This document shows positions 63,528 through 64,000 of a stretch of 64,000 nt of DNA, piece after piece. The notes under the pieces were generated by a model that did no database searches, was not told where the DNA came from, and saw only the letters and a program-made list of their open reading frames with translations. The position numbers and the translations under genes were made by a program. This DNA is from Chiloscyllium plagiosum (Eukaryota), in contig NC_057753.1 in assembly GCF_004010195.1 (NCBI RefSeq), positions 14,173,937-14,237,936 on the forward strand. The letters run 5' to 3'. Within the stretch, counting starts at the first letter, position 1. The number at the start of each line of letters is the position of its first letter.

Positions 63528-64000
63528 CTGCAATGAAATGGGGGGGGGGGAGCATTTTTGAAGTTATTATTGTGTGATATGAACATTTTAAGGCAAGCTG
63601 AACTAATGCTAGAAGCAAGAACATACAAGTAAAATGGAGGTTCCTTGAACAGTATTGATGGCAATAGAAAATTGTTGAAATTGTTGTGCTACGTGATAAG
63701 AGGGCTGAAAGAGCGGAACATTAGTAAATCCCCGCCATTAACGTATGCTGAACAGATAGTAGATTTGTCCAGGTCAAGGAGGAGCTGAGTTGCTTCCGAT
63801 CTGAATCTGGATGGTGTTGAGTCGTCTCTAGTCCTGCTATTAGTTGATGCGTCCCTGTCAGAGTCAACAAGTGATATCCAATCAGTTTTCAGCTCCTTTG
63901 TACCTCAACCCATGCTGTTAGAGAATTAGCCATTAGAGCACAAAGAATAGGAACTCAAGGAGGGTACTTGGCACTGCGACACTGCCTGGCTATTGAATGA

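Overview
Eukaryotic, repeat-rich DNA from a cartilaginous fish (shark-type tRNA-derived SINEs; CR1, Penelope, Rex1 and Gypsy remnants). The window is part of the V-segment array of a T-cell receptor alpha/delta-type locus. It holds 6 structurally intact leader+V-exon+RSS segments (2.2, 8.6, 17.1, 21.1, 47.7, 52.3 kb), one open V exon whose leader lacks an ATG (43.7 kb), and about 8 V pseudogenes/relics in mixed orientation. An immunoglobulin heavy-chain-type V (VH/TAILV-like, apparently inactivated) lies among the TCR Vs at 33.5-34.0 kb. No RSS-flanked D or J and no C exon was found. Other notable structure: a ~6.4 kb tandem duplication (V + psiV + Gypsy), minimal hammerhead-ribozyme motifs in Penelope terminal repeats (one intact-looking), a FLYWCH-bearing non-autonomous Mutator-like element, an exact 35-bp direct repeat bracketing one V, and a possible decayed single-exon VJ-type Ig domain at 39.6-40.0 kb. 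Most ORFs in the six-frame track are spurious. All coordinates were read by eye; repeat boundaries are approximate.
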